This document shows, piece after piece, positions 10,136 through 20,541 of a stretch of DNA of 64,000 nucleotides. The DNA lies in assembly GCA_009781855.1 (NCBI GenBank), contig WQUY01000002.1, positions 10,017 through 74,016 of the forward strand, given 5' to 3'. This DNA is from Oscillospiraceae bacterium (GTDB lineage: Bacteria; Bacillota; Clostridia; Oscillospirales; Oscillospiraceae). A program made the translations under genes and the position numbers. Position 1 is the first letter of the stretch. Each line of letters starts with the position of its first letter. The notes beneath the pieces are model-generated. The model saw only the letters and a list, made by a program, of their open reading frames with translations, did no database searches and was not told the origin of the DNA.

Positions 10136-10771
10136 ATGAAGCTGGTATTACTCGGGCCGCCGGGTGCCGGTAAAGGTACGCAAGCCGATATTCTGATAGA
10201 GGTTTTGGGCGTACCGCAGATATCCACAGGAGAAATTCTGCGCGAGTCTGTTAAGAACGGCACTCCCGTTGGACTGAAAGCAAAGGCGCTTATAGACCAT
10301 GGTGACCTAGTGCCTGACGAAATCATAATAGCCATTATCTCTGAGCGGCTTGCTCAAGATGATTGTAAAAATGGTTTTATACTGGATGGAGTTCCTAGGA
10401 CACTAAATCAGGCAGAAACTCTTGACAGGCATGGCATAGGAATCGACCATGTATTATCTATTGAAGTTCCCGATGCGGTTATTTTAAAAAGGATCGCAGA
10501 TCGGAGACTATGTTCAAATTGCCCAACGACATTCCATTTGGTTTCTAACCCGCCAAAAGAGGCAGGCATCTGTGATGCTTGTGGGTCGAGTCTGACCACG
10601 CGCAACGATGATAACATCGAAACGACAAGACATAGGCTGGAAACTTATCACTTGCTGACGGAACCTCTAAAGGCTTACTATGAAGGGCAAGGCAAGTTAT
10701 GTTATGTCACCGGTGATTGTACAATAGAGGAAACAACGCGTGAAATACTCAAAACATTGGGTATAGACTAA
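10136..10771 (+). CDS. adk: Adenylate kinase (Cys4 zinc lid)
   Basis: 211 aa, P-loop GPPGAGKGTQ; lid CSNC...CDAC. Confidence 0.96.
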   Translation: MKLVLLGPPGAGKGTQADILIEVLGVPQISTGEILRESVKNGTPVGLKAKALIDHGDLVPDEIIIAIISERLAQDDCKNGFILDGVPRTLNQAETLDRHGIGIDHVLSIEVPDAVILKRIADRRLCSNCPTTFHLVSNPPKEAGICDACGSSLTTRNDDNIETTRHRLETYHLLTEPLKAYYEGQGKLCYVTGDCTIEETTREILKTLGID

Positions 10772-10776
10772 TATAC

Positions 10777-11544
10777 ATGATTAAAGCTAAATCTGCGATC
10801 GAAATCGCAAAGATGCGCCGTGCCGGAAAAATAGCCGCGGCAGCCCGGCAGTTAGCAGGGAAATTGGCTAAGGCAGGTGCAACAACCCAAAGTATTGACA
10901 AAAAAGTGCATGACTTCATCCTCTCAAAAGGAGCCGTGCCATCGTTTCTGGGTTATAATGGGTATCCCGCAAGTATTTGCATCTCAGTTAATGAGCAGGT
11001 AATTCATGGGATTCCGTCAACCAGAAGACTTGTCTCGGGAGACCTGGTAAGCATTGATATAGGCGCAACCAAGGATGGATATATCGGTGATTGTGCAGCG
11101 ACGTTTGTTGTTGGCGAAGGTGACCCAGACTCAACAAGACTCGTTGAGATAACAAAAAAATGTTTTTTCGAAGGTCTTAAATTTGCGCGGTTCGGATATA
11201 GGGTGTCTGATATTTCAAGGGCGATACAACGATGTGCTGAAGAAAACGGCTATTCGGTCGTCAGAGAATATGTGGGACACGGAGTCGGTTCAAAGATACA
11301 TGAACCGCCTGAAGTTCCGAACTACATCGAAACCCCCAGACGAAAAGCTGATCCGAGACTTTTGCCCGGAATGACGCTTGCAATCGAACCCATGATTAAT
11401 GCGGGTGCTGCGGCAATCGAAATACTCGGTGACGGTTGGACAGTCGTTACGGCTGACGGTAAAAACTCAGCGCATTACGAAAACACTGTTCTAATCACAA
11501 GAGGCGATCCGGAGATACTCACCGCCGCAGAGGAAGAATCATGA
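10777..11544 (+). CDS. map: Type I methionine aminopeptidase
   Basis: 255 aa, ...HGIPS...DIGA...GHGVG...EPM...; position adk-map-infA. Confidence 0.95.
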   Translation: MIKAKSAIEIAKMRRAGKIAAAARQLAGKLAKAGATTQSIDKKVHDFILSKGAVPSFLGYNGYPASICISVNEQVIHGIPSTRRLVSGDLVSIDIGATKDGYIGDCAATFVVGEGDPDSTRLVEITKKCFFEGLKFARFGYRVSDISRAIQRCAEENGYSVVREYVGHGVGSKIHEPPEVPNYIETPRRKADPRLLPGMTLAIEPMINAGAAAIEILGDGWTVVTADGKNSAHYENTVLITRGDPEILTAAEEES

Positions 11545-11822
11545 GCATCGAAAAAGCTAATGTGGTAATACCGATTAATGGCCGGGATGCCGGCAAACGA
11601 TTCATTGTCGTTGGAACAGAAGATGACTATTCGCTTCTGGCTGACGGAAAGGGTCGCAGAGTTGAAAAACCTAAGCGAAAGAAAAACAAGCATGTTCAGG
11701 TTGAAGACAAGATAGACGGCCTGATTGCGACGAAGCTGAGCGAAGGTGAAAGAGTTACAAACAGTGAGATAAGACGAGCGTTAGCAATGCCGCTGACCCG
11801 CGGAGATAAAGGAGGTATGTAG
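11541..11822 (+). CDS. KOW-domain RNA-binding protein (small, conserved between map and infA in Clostridia)
   Basis: 93 aa, ATGA overlap with map; ...[14 protein letters not shown]... KOW-like. Confidence 0.75.
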   Translation: MSIEKANVVIPINGRDAGKRFIVVGTEDDYSLLADGKGRRVEKPKRKKNKHVQVEDKIDGLIATKLSEGERVTNSEIRRALAMPLTRGDKGGM

Positions 11823-11823
11823 G

Positions 11824-12042
11824 ATGGCGAAGGACGACATGATTGAGCTGGAGGGAATAGTGGTCGATTCGCTCCCAAACACCATGTTTCATGTTGACAT
11901 AGGTAATGGGCACACGATTTTGGCACATATCTCTGGCAAACTCCGGATGAATTTTATACGCATACTTCCAGGTGATAAGGTGACGGTGCAAATGTCGCCG
12001 TATGATTTGACACGTGGAAGAATCACGTGGCGAAGTAAGTAG
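11824..12042 (+). CDS. infA: Translation initiation factor IF-1
   Basis: 72 aa, [24 protein letters not shown]...GRITWR. Confidence 0.97.
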   Translation: MAKDDMIELEGIVVDSLPNTMFHVDIGNGHTILAHISGKLRMNFIRILPGDKVTVQMSPYDLTRGRITWRSK

Positions 12043-12052
12043 GAGGTTTATA

Positions 12053-12166
12053 ATGAAAGTTAGACCATCAGTTAAGCCGATGTGCGAAAAGTGCAAGGTC
12101 ATTAAGCGCAAAGGCAGGGTTATGGTAATATGCATTAACCCCAAACACAAACAGAGACAAGGCTAG
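12053..12166 (+). CDS. rpmJ: 50S ribosomal protein L36 (zinc form)
   Basis: Not in the ORF track (37 aa). [37 protein letters not shown]; AGGAGG upstream. Confidence 0.93.
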   Translation: MKVRPSVKPMCEKCKVIKRKGRVMVICINPKHKQRQG

Positions 12167-12194
12167 CCTAAATAAGAAAGGATGATTGCATAAT

Positions 12195-12563
12195 ATGGCA
12201 CGTATTGCCGGCGTTGATTTGCCTAAAGACAAGCGAATCGAAATAGGACTGACTTATGTTTTTGGCATAGGCAGGACTAGCGCGAAAAAAATCCTTGAAC
12301 AAACGGGCATTGACCCAAACACAAGGGTAAAAAATCTTACAGAGACGGAAGAGTCTGCATTGCGCGAATGCATCGACAAAAGCTTTATGGTTGAAGGTGA
12401 CCTTCGCCGCACTGTTGCGCTTGATATCAAACGCTTGACAGAAATCGGCAGTTACCGTGGGCTGCGCCATAGACGCGGTCTTCCCGTACGCGGACAACGC
12501 AGCAAAACAAACGCACGTACCCGCAAGGGACCAAAGCGTACAATCGCTAACAAGAAGAAGTAA
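12195..12563 (+). CDS. rpsM: 30S ribosomal protein S13
   Basis: ORF 12186 trimmed to ATG 12195 ([14 protein letters not shown]...). Confidence 0.95.
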   Translation: MARIAGVDLPKDKRIEIGLTYVFGIGRTSAKKILEQTGIDPNTRVKNLTETEESALRECIDKSFMVEGDLRRTVALDIKRLTEIGSYRGLRHRRGLPVRGQRSKTNARTRKGPKRTIANKKK

Positions 12564-12579
12564 GGGAGGGAGCAAGTAA

Positions 12580-12978
12580 ATGGCAGCACCCAAAGGTAAA
12601 AAAACCAGAACCAGACGTCGCGAACGAAAAAATATTGAGAAGGGCGCGGTGCATATCAGATCGTCCTTTAACAATACGATGGTGACAGTTACCGACGTTA
12701 ACGGAAACGCGATCTCCTGGGCATCCTCAGGCGGAATGGGTTTTCGCGGCAGCAGAAAATCGACTCCCTTTGCCGCACAGACGGCTGCTGAAACAGCAGC
12801 AAAAGCCGCAATGGAGCACGGATTAAAGACCGTTGTTGTCTTTGTTAAAGGACCAGGCTCCGGCCGTGAGGCGGCAATCAGAGCACTCCAGTCAGCAGGG
12901 CTTGAAGTTACAATGATTAAAGACGTGACTCCAATACCGCATAACGGATGCCGTCCGCCAAAAAGGCGCAGAGTTTAG
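12580..12978 (+). CDS. rpsK: 30S ribosomal protein S11
   Basis: 132 aa, ...[26 protein letters not shown]... Confidence 0.96.
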   Translation: MAAPKGKKTRTRRRERKNIEKGAVHIRSSFNNTMVTVTDVNGNAISWASSGGMGFRGSRKSTPFAAQTAAETAAKAAMEHGLKTVVVFVKGPGSGREAAIRALQSAGLEVTMIKDVTPIPHNGCRPPKRRRV

Positions 12979-12992
12979 GGAGGAGAATATTA

Positions 12993-13619
12993 ATGGCAAG
13001 ATATACAGGTGCAGTATGCCGCCTTTGCCGCAGAGAAGGGCAAAAGCTTTTTCTGAAAGGTGACAGATGCTATACAGATAAATGTGCAGCAGACCGCCGT
13101 CCGTACCCACCGGGGCAACATGGACAAGGTCGTGCGAAAACTTCAGAATATGGTACCCAATTGCGTGAAAAGCAGAAGGCGAAGAGATACTACGGTATTT
13201 TAGAAAGCCAGTTCCGTGGTTATTTTGATATGGCTATCAAGAAAAAAGGCAAGACAGGCGAGAACATGCTTGCAATTTTGGAAACACGCTTGGATAATAC
13301 AATTTACAGGCTTGGTTTCGCGATGAGCCGTGCAGAAGCAAGACAACTTGTTTTACATGGGCATTTCCTCGTTAATGGCAGGAGAGTCAACATACCATCT
13401 TTTCTTGTAAAGCCGGGCATGATTATTTCGCTTAACGAAAAGAGCCGGAGTCTTGACAAATTCAAATCGGTCATAGAAGCAAATTCATTTAGGCAACCGC
13501 CAAAGTGGCTTGAATATGACGCGAATGCTTTGGTTGCCAAGGTCAGTTCCGTACCGATGAGGGAAGACATCGACATGCCTATCGAAGAACAACTCATTGT
13601 TGAGTTCTATTCTAAATAA
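12993..13619 (+). CDS. rpsD: 30S ribosomal protein S4 (Cys-rich N-terminus)
   Basis: ORF 12948 trimmed to ATG 12993 ([26 protein letters not shown]...) after GGGAGGAG. Confidence 0.95.
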   Translation: MARYTGAVCRLCRREGQKLFLKGDRCYTDKCAADRRPYPPGQHGQGRAKTSEYGTQLREKQKAKRYYGILESQFRGYFDMAIKKKGKTGENMLAILETRLDNTIYRLGFAMSRAEARQLVLHGHFLVNGRRVNIPSFLVKPGMIISLNEKSRSLDKFKSVIEANSFRQPPKWLEYDANALVAKVSSVPMREDIDMPIEEQLIVEFYSK

Positions 13620-13715
13620 ATGATAACCTTCGGATACAGGTTTAAACCCTCATATCTCAAACCCGCGAGCCGATACACATTGCGCAAGCATCAACGAAAA
13701 GAAGGAGGGTACTAA

Positions 13716-14663
13716 ATGGTAGAGATTGAACGTCCACGTATTGAATGCACGGAAGTTCCAGAGGACGAATCTTACGGAAAGTACGTTGTAGAACCCCTTG
13801 AGCGCGGTTACGGCACTACACTGGGCAACTCGCTGCGCAGGATATTGCTTTCATCACTTCCGGGAACAGCAGTTACCACAGTTAAAATTGCCGGAATACA
13901 ACATGAGTTTTCAACAATTCCCGGTGTAAAAGAAGATGTAACGGAGATAATTCTCAACATTAAGGGCATTGTTGCAAGACTGCACACACAAAGAACAAAG
14001 ACTGTATATATTGAAGCTTCTGGCGAGGGCACGATAACGGCCGGTGATATCAAAGCAGATGGTGAAGTAGAAATTCTCAATCCCGACCTGCATATTGCAA
14101 CGCTTAGTTCTGACGCTTCGCTCAGCATGGAGCTTACAATAGATCATGGTCGCGGATATATGTCTGCGGAAAGAAATAAGCTTTCCCAACCGATTATCGG
14201 AGTTATTCCGATAGACTCCATATATACCCCGGTTCACAAAGTCAATTATACTGTCGAAAACACTCGCGTAGGTAATGTTACTGACTTTGACAAGCTGACA
14301 ATAGAGGTTTGGACGGATAAGACCATCACGGCGCGAGATGCCGTTTCGCTCGGTGCAAAGATACTTTGTGACCACTTCACACTGTTTACGGATTTGTCCG
14401 AAACCATCGGCAGTAAGTCAACAGTTGTGGAAAAAGCAGAGACACAAAGAGACAAGGTGCTTGAGATGACAATTGAAGAGCTGGATCTGAGTGTACGTAG
14501 CTTTAATTGTCTGAAGAGAGCAAACATAAACACGGTCGAGGATCTTATTTCAAAAACAGAGGATGAAATGATCAAGGTCAGAAACCTTGGACGCAAATCG
14601 CTCGAAGAAGTGATACATAAGCTGGCGATGATGGGGTTATCCCTGCTGAGCGAGGAAAATTAA
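13716..14663 (+). CDS. rpoA: DNA-directed RNA polymerase subunit alpha
   Basis: 315 aa, ...[20 protein letters not shown]...; C-terminal domain ...[16 protein letters not shown]... Confidence 0.97.
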   Translation: MVEIERPRIECTEVPEDESYGKYVVEPLERGYGTTLGNSLRRILLSSLPGTAVTTVKIAGIQHEFSTIPGVKEDVTEIILNIKGIVARLHTQRTKTVYIEASGEGTITAGDIKADGEVEILNPDLHIATLSSDASLSMELTIDHGRGYMSAERNKLSQPIIGVIPIDSIYTPVHKVNYTVENTRVGNVTDFDKLTIEVWTDKTITARDAVSLGAKILCDHFTLFTDLSETIGSKSTVVEKAETQRDKVLEMTIEELDLSVRSFNCLKRANINTVEDLISKTEDEMIKVRNLGRKSLEEVIHKLAMMGLSLLSEEN

Positions 14664-14677
14664 GGAGGTACATAACA

Positions 14678-15019
14678 ATGCCTGGGACACGTAAGCTTGG
14701 AAAACCAACGGATCAACGCATGGCAATGCTAAGACAGATGGTTACCGACTTTCTGGATAATGGTAAAATGGAAACGACAGTAACGCGCTGTAAAGAGATA
14801 GCGCCGCTTGCTGAAAAAATGATTACACTGGGAAAGAAGAACACTTTGGCCTCAAGGCGTCAAGCGCTCGCGTTTATGACACGTGAAGATGTTGTGACGA
14901 AAGTGTTTGCGGAAACAGCGCCCGGATATGCAGAGCGCAATGGGGGTTACACCCGCATTATCCGCACAGGCCCGCGCAGAGGTGATGCTGCGGAAATGGC
15001 CATTATTGAATTGGTGTAA
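14678..15019 (+). CDS. rplQ: 50S ribosomal protein L17
   Basis: 113 aa, ...[17 protein letters not shown]... Confidence 0.96.
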   Translation: MPGTRKLGKPTDQRMAMLRQMVTDFLDNGKMETTVTRCKEIAPLAEKMITLGKKNTLASRRQALAFMTREDVVTKVFAETAPGYAERNGGYTRIIRTGPRRGDAAEMAIIELV

Positions 15020-15026
15020 GGTGATT

Positions 15027-15072
15027 AAAAAAAGCTGCTTGCCGTCGTTGTGATGGCAAGCAGCTTTTCTAT
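15027..15072. terminator. Bidirectional intrinsic terminator ending the alpha operon
   Basis: AAAAAAGCTGCTTGCC-(11 nt)-GGCAAGCAGCTTTTCT: 13-bp stem flanked by an A-run and a T-run, between convergent rplQ (+) and the PPIase gene (-). Confidence 0.85.
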
Positions 15073-15156
15073 TCAAGACTTATAGTCTGGTTATTTCGAA
15101 TGCATTGAATTTATGCGACCACTACGAGACGACAAACTGCCGCAATGGTGTCGTTA

Positions 15157-15888
15157 TCAGAGGTCAAGGTCGAGCTTATCCGGCCAGGGCAGGACGACAT
15201 CGCTGTCGATTGTGATTGTCCGGATAACAGGTCGGTCGGCAGCAGCAACTGAGCCATTGGGGCCGTCATTGGGTGTTTCCATAATCCTATCGACAACATC
15301 CATGCCCTCGGTGACCATTCCAAATGCGGCATAGCCGCCATCGAGTGAACTTGCACCGCGTCCGTCAACATGAATGATGAAAAACTGAGAGCCGGCGGAA
15401 TCATAACAATCCCCACGACGCGCCATTGACAGAACGCCGCGTGTATGTGCAAGGTCATTTTCAAAACCATTATCAGCAAATTCTCCAAAAATCGTCCAGC
15501 CCGGATTGCCGATGCCGATGCCTAGTGGGCAACCGCCTTGAGCCATGAAGCCGTACATAATGCGGTGGAAGTTGAGTCCGTCATAAAAGCCTTCACGCAC
15601 AAGATGAACGAAGTTGAAAACAGATTGTGGGGCAATGTTTGGATAAAGTTCAAACTCAATGATACTACCATCATCCATGATGATTGTACCGGGGATTGTA
15701 TCCGGAATTGGCTCGGTGGGCACCGGTGGTTGAGGCGGTGGTGGAGCTGGTTCGGGTTCGGGCGTCGGAGCTGGTTCAGGTTCTGCTACCGGTGTTTCCG
15801 GAGCTGTTGGGGCGCTGCCATTTCCGCACCCGGCTACGAAAGCCAGGCAAAATAGCAGGCACAGTGCGAGGGCGATATATTTTTTCAT
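15157..15888 (-). CDS. Cyclophilin-type peptidyl-prolyl isomerase, lipoprotein with Pro-rich linker
   Basis: 243 aa; signal plus lipobox ...AFVAGC; linker PEPAPTPEPEPAPPPPQPP; cyclophilin motifs FHRIMYGFMAQGG and SAGSQFFI. Confidence 0.9.
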   Translation of the reverse strand: MKKYIALALCLLFCLAFVAGCGNGSAPTAPETPVAEPEPAPTPEPEPAPPPPQPPVPTEPIPDTIPGTIIMDDGSIIEFELYPNIAPQSVFNFVHLVREGFYDGLNFHRIMYGFMAQGGCPLGIGIGNPGWTIFGEFADNGFENDLAHTRGVLSMARRGDCYDSAGSQFFIIHVDGRGASSLDGGYAAFGMVTEGMDVVDRIMETPNDGPNGSVAAADRPVIRTITIDSDVVLPWPDKLDLDL

Positions 15889-16048
15889 TTTCTTATTATC
15901 CTCCTAAAGAAAAGTTCAGGGTCAAACCGTTAATAAATATATCAGAACATGCGGTTAAAGTCAAATCAACGAAGTGAATAATCCGGATTGCGAATAAGCT
16001 GGGAGTGTGATAGAATGGCTGAAATTAAGTTCAAAAGGAAGATGTGTG

Positions 16049-17188
16049 ATGAAAGATTATTTTGGAATGCAAATCAAGAAGTTGGGGTTTGGATTTATGC
16101 GGTTGCCTGGTTTTGCGGGCAAGCCCGACAGCGAAATTGACTATGAGCGCACAAAGGAAATGGTGGATCTGTACATGGCGCAAGGCTACACGTACTTTGA
16201 TACAGCGTATTTATATCACGGAGGCAATTCTGAAACGGCAATCCGAAAGACAGTTGTTGAAAGATACAACAGAAACCAGTTTCAGGTGACGACCAAAATT
16301 CCATTATGGAAAGAGCTTTCTTTTGACGAGATGAGTGAAGTAACCAATACACAGCTCCACCGAACAGGTCTTGACTATTTTGACCTTTATTTTCTGCATG
16401 GGATAGGGCCTGACAGACTGGATATGATTGAGAAAATAAAGGCTTTCGATTATTTGCGAGGCATCAAGGATAGCGGAAAGTCGAAAAATATTGGATTTAG
16501 CTATCATGGAGATGCGGATACTTTAAATCGTATTCTTGATACGCATGGAGCGCAGATTGATATTGTTCAGTTGCCTCTTAATTATCTTGATTGGGATGAC
16601 CAGGCAAAAAAATGCTATGATGCGGCAATTGCGCATGATGTAGGTATTATCGTAATGAGCCCGATTAAAGGTGGTGCATTATCGACCTTTACTCCGGAGA
16701 TTGCAGAGATATTCAAGAAAGCGAATCCAGAGGCGAGCCTGGCTTCATGGCCGTTGCGATTTACTATGCATCTTGATGGAGTCATCACAGTGCTTTCCGG
16801 AATGTCTGATATTGAGCAAGTCAGCGATAACATAAAGATAACTGAGACCATGGGGCCGCTCACAGATGAAGAGTTGAAAATTATAGGCGTTGCTATGGAA
16901 GAGATGAAAAAGATACCAACGATTCAATGCACGGCCTGTAAATACTGTCTTGATTGCTGCCCTAAGAAGATAAACTCGCCGGAGATTATAGGGCTTTTAA
17001 ACGAATACACAGTTTATCAAAACCTCCCGGCAATTAAGCGGATGTATTCCCTAATCACAGGCGGAGCCTGGAGCGGAGTGGTAGCGAAGTCGAGTGATTG
17101 CACCGGTTGCGGCGAGTGCGAAAAATATTGTCCACAGAATATCGAAATTATTGAGGCTCATAAGGAAGCGGTTAAGGTGTTTGAGTAA
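16049..17188 (+). CDS. Aldo/keto reductase with C-terminal 4Fe-4S cluster-binding region
   Basis: ORF 16007 trimmed to ATG 16049 (MKDYFGMQIKKLGFGFMRLP). Two Cys clusters at the C-terminus: CTACKYCLDCCP and CTGCGECEKYCP. Confidence 0.8.
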   Translation: MKDYFGMQIKKLGFGFMRLPGFAGKPDSEIDYERTKEMVDLYMAQGYTYFDTAYLYHGGNSETAIRKTVVERYNRNQFQVTTKIPLWKELSFDEMSEVTNTQLHRTGLDYFDLYFLHGIGPDRLDMIEKIKAFDYLRGIKDSGKSKNIGFSYHGDADTLNRILDTHGAQIDIVQLPLNYLDWDDQAKKCYDAAIAHDVGIIVMSPIKGGALSTFTPEIAEIFKKANPEASLASWPLRFTMHLDGVITVLSGMSDIEQVSDNIKITETMGPLTDEELKIIGVAMEEMKKIPTIQCTACKYCLDCCPKKINSPEIIGLLNEYTVYQNLPAIKRMYSLITGGAWSGVVAKSSDCTGCGECEKYCPQNIEIIEAHKEAVKVFE

Positions 17189-17197
17189 TGATGTATA

Positions 17198-17236
17198 CCC
17201 TCTTGCTATAGTGTATGGCACGCTCTAGCAGGAGGG
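17198..17236 (+). terminator. Possible terminator hairpin after the AKR gene
   Basis: CCCTCTTGCTA-(17 nt)-TAGCAGGAGGG, 11-bp stem with one G.U; weak T tract (TGTTGAG). Confidence 0.35.
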
Positions 17237-17273
17237 TGTTGAGTCTCAAAAGAGAAAGTCGAAATAAAACCAA

Positions 17274-18650
17274 ATGCTAAAACATTTTAAGCAGCCAAGT
17301 AAGTTTTACAAAAATGTATTTGCACTAATGGTACCCATGGTGCTGCAAAATATAATTACACATACAGTCGCGCTGACCGATACTTTTATGGTTGGGATGT
17401 TGGGCGAAGAATATCTTGCGGCGATGCCAATTGCACTGGTGCCGCTTTTTATTGTGCTCATTTTTTCTTTTGGGGTGCAAAGCGGAACGAGCATTCTTGT
17501 GGCTCAGTATTGGGGAAAAGGCAACCTTGATGTGATCAACAGAGTGCTTGGCGTAGGGTTTTATGTTGTGGCAATCGTGACATTTTCCGCCGCTTTTGTA
17601 ATGTATAATTTTCCTTATCAAATATTGAGCTTTGTGACACCGGAACTTCATTTGGTTTCTATTGCCGTGCCGTATGCAAGAATTACAGCATTTTCAATGG
17701 CGCTCAGCGCAATAAGCATGCTCTATTTTGCATGTCACCGAAGCATTGAAAATCCTCGTTTGGGTGTCATAGTATTGTCAATTTCGGCTTGCTTCAGTAT
17801 TTTCTGGAATTGGGTTTTGATTTTTGGAAATCTCGGGTTTCCTGAGTTGGGCATTCAGGGTGCAGCGATATCAACCCTTTCTGCCAGAACGCTCGAAGTG
17901 ATTATTGTGACAATCCATGCGCGTAGAAACAAAAGGTTTAGGGTCAAGTTCGCATTGTTTTTCAGACCGGGAATCACTATGACCAAAGACTTTTTCAAAT
18001 ACTCTTTGCCGGTGATGGCCAATGAAGCGTTGTGGGGCGTGGGCTTTATGATGTTCCCAGTGATTTTTGGGCATATGACAGGTGCGCAAACGATTCTTGC
18101 TGCTTATAATATTTCGAGCAACCTGGAGCGGCTCTTTGCGGTGGCGCTTTTTGCTTGTGGTGGTGCAACTGCTGTAATAGTTGGTCGTGAAATCGGTGCG
18201 GGGCGCAGGGAGCAGGCTGAGCGCTATGTCAAGACGTTAACCAGGCTAGGTTTTTTGATGGGGGTTGGTTCAGCCGGGTTGTTGATGCTTGTGCGCTTTA
18301 CTGTTTTGGAGCCTTTTGTATTTCCGCTGTATAGTTTGTCGGAAGATGCGGCAAGTGCGGCAACAATTATGTTGACGATTTATGCTGCGATTCTGCCTAT
18401 GCGAGCGACTGGGGTAACGATGGGGTTGGGTGCGATGAGAGGGGGCGGTGATGTCAAGGCGTTTATGTTTATAGATGTGGGGACAATGTATTTTGTGGCT
18501 TTACCGCTGGCGGCTATAGCCGGGCTTGTGCTCAGGTTGGAGATTGGTTTTGTCTATGGGGCTTTGTTTGTAGAAGAGATAGTAAAAACCTCCCTGATTT
18601 ATGGGAGGTTAAGGAGCAGGAAATGGATTCATGATGTTACCCGGGATTGA
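17274..18650 (+). CDS. MATE family efflux transporter
   Basis: 458 aa, ~12 TM, typical MATE N-terminus ...LMVPMVLQNIITHTVALTDTFMVGMLGEEYLAA... Confidence 0.88.
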   Translation: MLKHFKQPSKFYKNVFALMVPMVLQNIITHTVALTDTFMVGMLGEEYLAAMPIALVPLFIVLIFSFGVQSGTSILVAQYWGKGNLDVINRVLGVGFYVVAIVTFSAAFVMYNFPYQILSFVTPELHLVSIAVPYARITAFSMALSAISMLYFACHRSIENPRLGVIVLSISACFSIFWNWVLIFGNLGFPELGIQGAAISTLSARTLEVIIVTIHARRNKRFRVKFALFFRPGITMTKDFFKYSLPVMANEALWGVGFMMFPVIFGHMTGAQTILAAYNISSNLERLFAVALFACGGATAVIVGREIGAGRREQAERYVKTLTRLGFLMGVGSAGLLMLVRFTVLEPFVFPLYSLSEDAASAATIMLTIYAAILPMRATGVTMGLGAMRGGGDVKAFMFIDVGTMYFVALPLAAIAGLVLRLEIGFVYGALFVEEIVKTSLIYGRLRSRKWIHDVTRD

Positions 18651-18687
18651 CATTGTAATCATGGATTTACGATGTTGATTCGACCTT

Positions 18688-18741
18688 GTAGGGGACGATG
18701 TCCACATCGTCCTGCGGGCTGATGTAGACATCAGCCCCTAC
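18688..18741. repeat. 54-nt double-hairpin element (copy E1)
   Basis: GTAGGGG[ACGATG-TCCA-CATCGT]CCTGCGGG[CTGATG-TAGA-CATCAG]CCCCTAC. It is the reverse complement (with substitutions) of the element at 57254..57307 and lies between convergent gene ends. Confidence 0.85.
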
Positions 18742-18800
18742 ATAGCAGAATCATTAGCAATATCCATGCATCTCAGTACTTTTGGCGGCTGAAGTACGCG

Positions 18801-19688
18801 TTATTTACCAAACACATTGGTCAAAACCATTCCTGCGATGATAACAATGCCGCCGAATAATGACCAGAGCGAGAATGTTTCGCCAAGCCAGAAAAAACCT
18901 ATTAGAGAGGATAGAAAAGGAATCAGGTACAAAAACACGGTTACATGTGTTGTTTTTTCGGCTGTTGACAATGCATATGCCCAGGATATGTAGGCAAGAA
19001 CAGCGGGGAATACAGCCATTTGTATGATTGCAATGCTTGTAAAGAGTGTTGCTTCGGATAATTCATGAATTGCATCGGGCAAGTATATGAGCATACATAG
19101 CGTTCCGAACAAAATGCCATATGTGGTGGCTTCGAGCGCTGTGTATTTTTTTACTAACAAGCGTTGTGTGATGTTGAGGATGCTTGCAGAAATTGCTGCG
19201 CCGATAAGAAATAAAGTGCCTATATTGAGTGCAAATCCGTCTGTTTGGCTGAACATGACCAGCATAAGACCACCGAAGCTTAGGCCAACGCCAACCCAAA
19301 CAGAGGACTTTACAATTTCTTTCAAAAAGAGCCGGGCTAAAATAAGTGTGAATACCGGAGAAGATGAAACAATAAAGCTACTGATACCGGCAACGACATA
19401 GATAGTCCCTGTATTGAAAAAGAAGTTATACAAAAACACGCCAAATACGCCCAACGCAATAAACAATGGCAAGTCTTTCACTTCCGGTATTTTTATTTTC
19501 TTGATTATACCGATGCAGATAAGGATAACGGAAGCTGTAATAAAGCGCAAAACCATTATTGCCCCGGGGCTGTGGTATTGCAAAAGATATCTTGTAACAG
19601 GAAACGCGGATGACCACATCAGTACGGTTGCCATTGCTGCCAAAAAACTAAGCGTCTTTTTTGACGCTTGAAATCTCCCTTTGCCCAT
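18801..19688 (-). CDS. DMT/EamA family transporter
   Basis: ORF trimmed to ATG 19688 (MGKGRFQASKKTLSFLAAMATV...) behind AAGGGGG; ~10 TM, EamA-like repeats. Confidence 0.85.
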   Translation of the reverse strand: MGKGRFQASKKTLSFLAAMATVLMWSSAFPVTRYLLQYHSPGAIMVLRFITASVILICIGIIKKIKIPEVKDLPLFIALGVFGVFLYNFFFNTGTIYVVAGISSFIVSSSPVFTLILARLFLKEIVKSSVWVGVGLSFGGLMLVMFSQTDGFALNIGTLFLIGAAISASILNITQRLLVKKYTALEATTYGILFGTLCMLIYLPDAIHELSEATLFTSIAIIQMAVFPAVLAYISWAYALSTAEKTTHVTVFLYLIPFLSSLIGFFWLGETFSLWSLFGGIVIIAGMVLTNVFGK

Positions 19689-19878
19689 GTTAGTACCCCC
19701 TTCGCCGGTGAGAAGTATATCATGAGTGCAGCCGAGTTGCAAATTGCTGTAGCGCAACATTGACAAACTGCCTAAAAGACTATAGTATGTATGCTCAGCA
19801 AGCGTAAGCGGCATCAGCGTGATGGAAAAATAATGCTAGGGCGAGCGTTTCACGCCCATTTGGTAGGGAAGCGGTTAT

Positions 19879-20541
19879 ATGAAGCGAGTGATAGGTTATT
19901 ACGGAATATGGGCAGCACTGACATACCTCAGTATCGTTTCGGCGGTATTGGGTATGTTTCTTGCGCTTAATGGCAATCTGGGGTTTGCGATTGTATGCCT
20001 TATGATCAGTGGGCTGTGCGATATGTTTGATGGCACGGTTGCAAGGATGAGGCACAGAACGGAAAATCAGGAAAGCTATGGGATACAAATAGATGCGCTG
20101 GCGGATATCGTCGCATTTGGGGTTTTTCCTGTGGTAATCGGATTTTCAGCGGGCGCACATTTGATTTTCTACAATAATACTGGGTTGGGTCTGGGGTTTA
20201 GTATCGCAATAGGCTCAGTCTATATTCTTGCGGCGCTTATCAGGCTTGCATACTTTAATGCACAGGAAATTGAGCTTAAAACCAAGGGCGAGAGACGGAC
20301 ATATTATGAGGGGATGCCTGTTACATTTGTTGCTATTTTGATTCCGCTTGTGTATGCGATTTGCCTTATTTTTGAAATAGAGCTGGCTCATGTCTACAAT
20401 GTCATGTTGCTTATAATCGCAGCAGCCTTTTTACTTAGAATCAGAATTCCAAAGGTGAGGGGGCGTTATTTGCTTGCCTTTTTGCTGATAGGTTTGCCAA
20501 TCGCTGTATATTTGATTTGGAACATTGGAGTGCGTATATGA
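19879..20541 (+). CDS. pssA: CDP-diacylglycerol--serine O-phosphatidyltransferase
   Basis: 220 aa, CDP-alcohol phosphatidyltransferase motif DMFDGTVAR...GIQIDALADIV; immediately upstream of psd. Confidence 0.85.
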   Translation: MKRVIGYYGIWAALTYLSIVSAVLGMFLALNGNLGFAIVCLMISGLCDMFDGTVARMRHRTENQESYGIQIDALADIVAFGVFPVVIGFSAGAHLIFYNNTGLGLGFSIAIGSVYILAALIRLAYFNAQEIELKTKGERRTYYEGMPVTFVAILIPLVYAICLIFEIELAHVYNVMLLIIAAAFLLRIRIPKVRGRYLLAFLLIGLPIAVYLIWNIGVRI

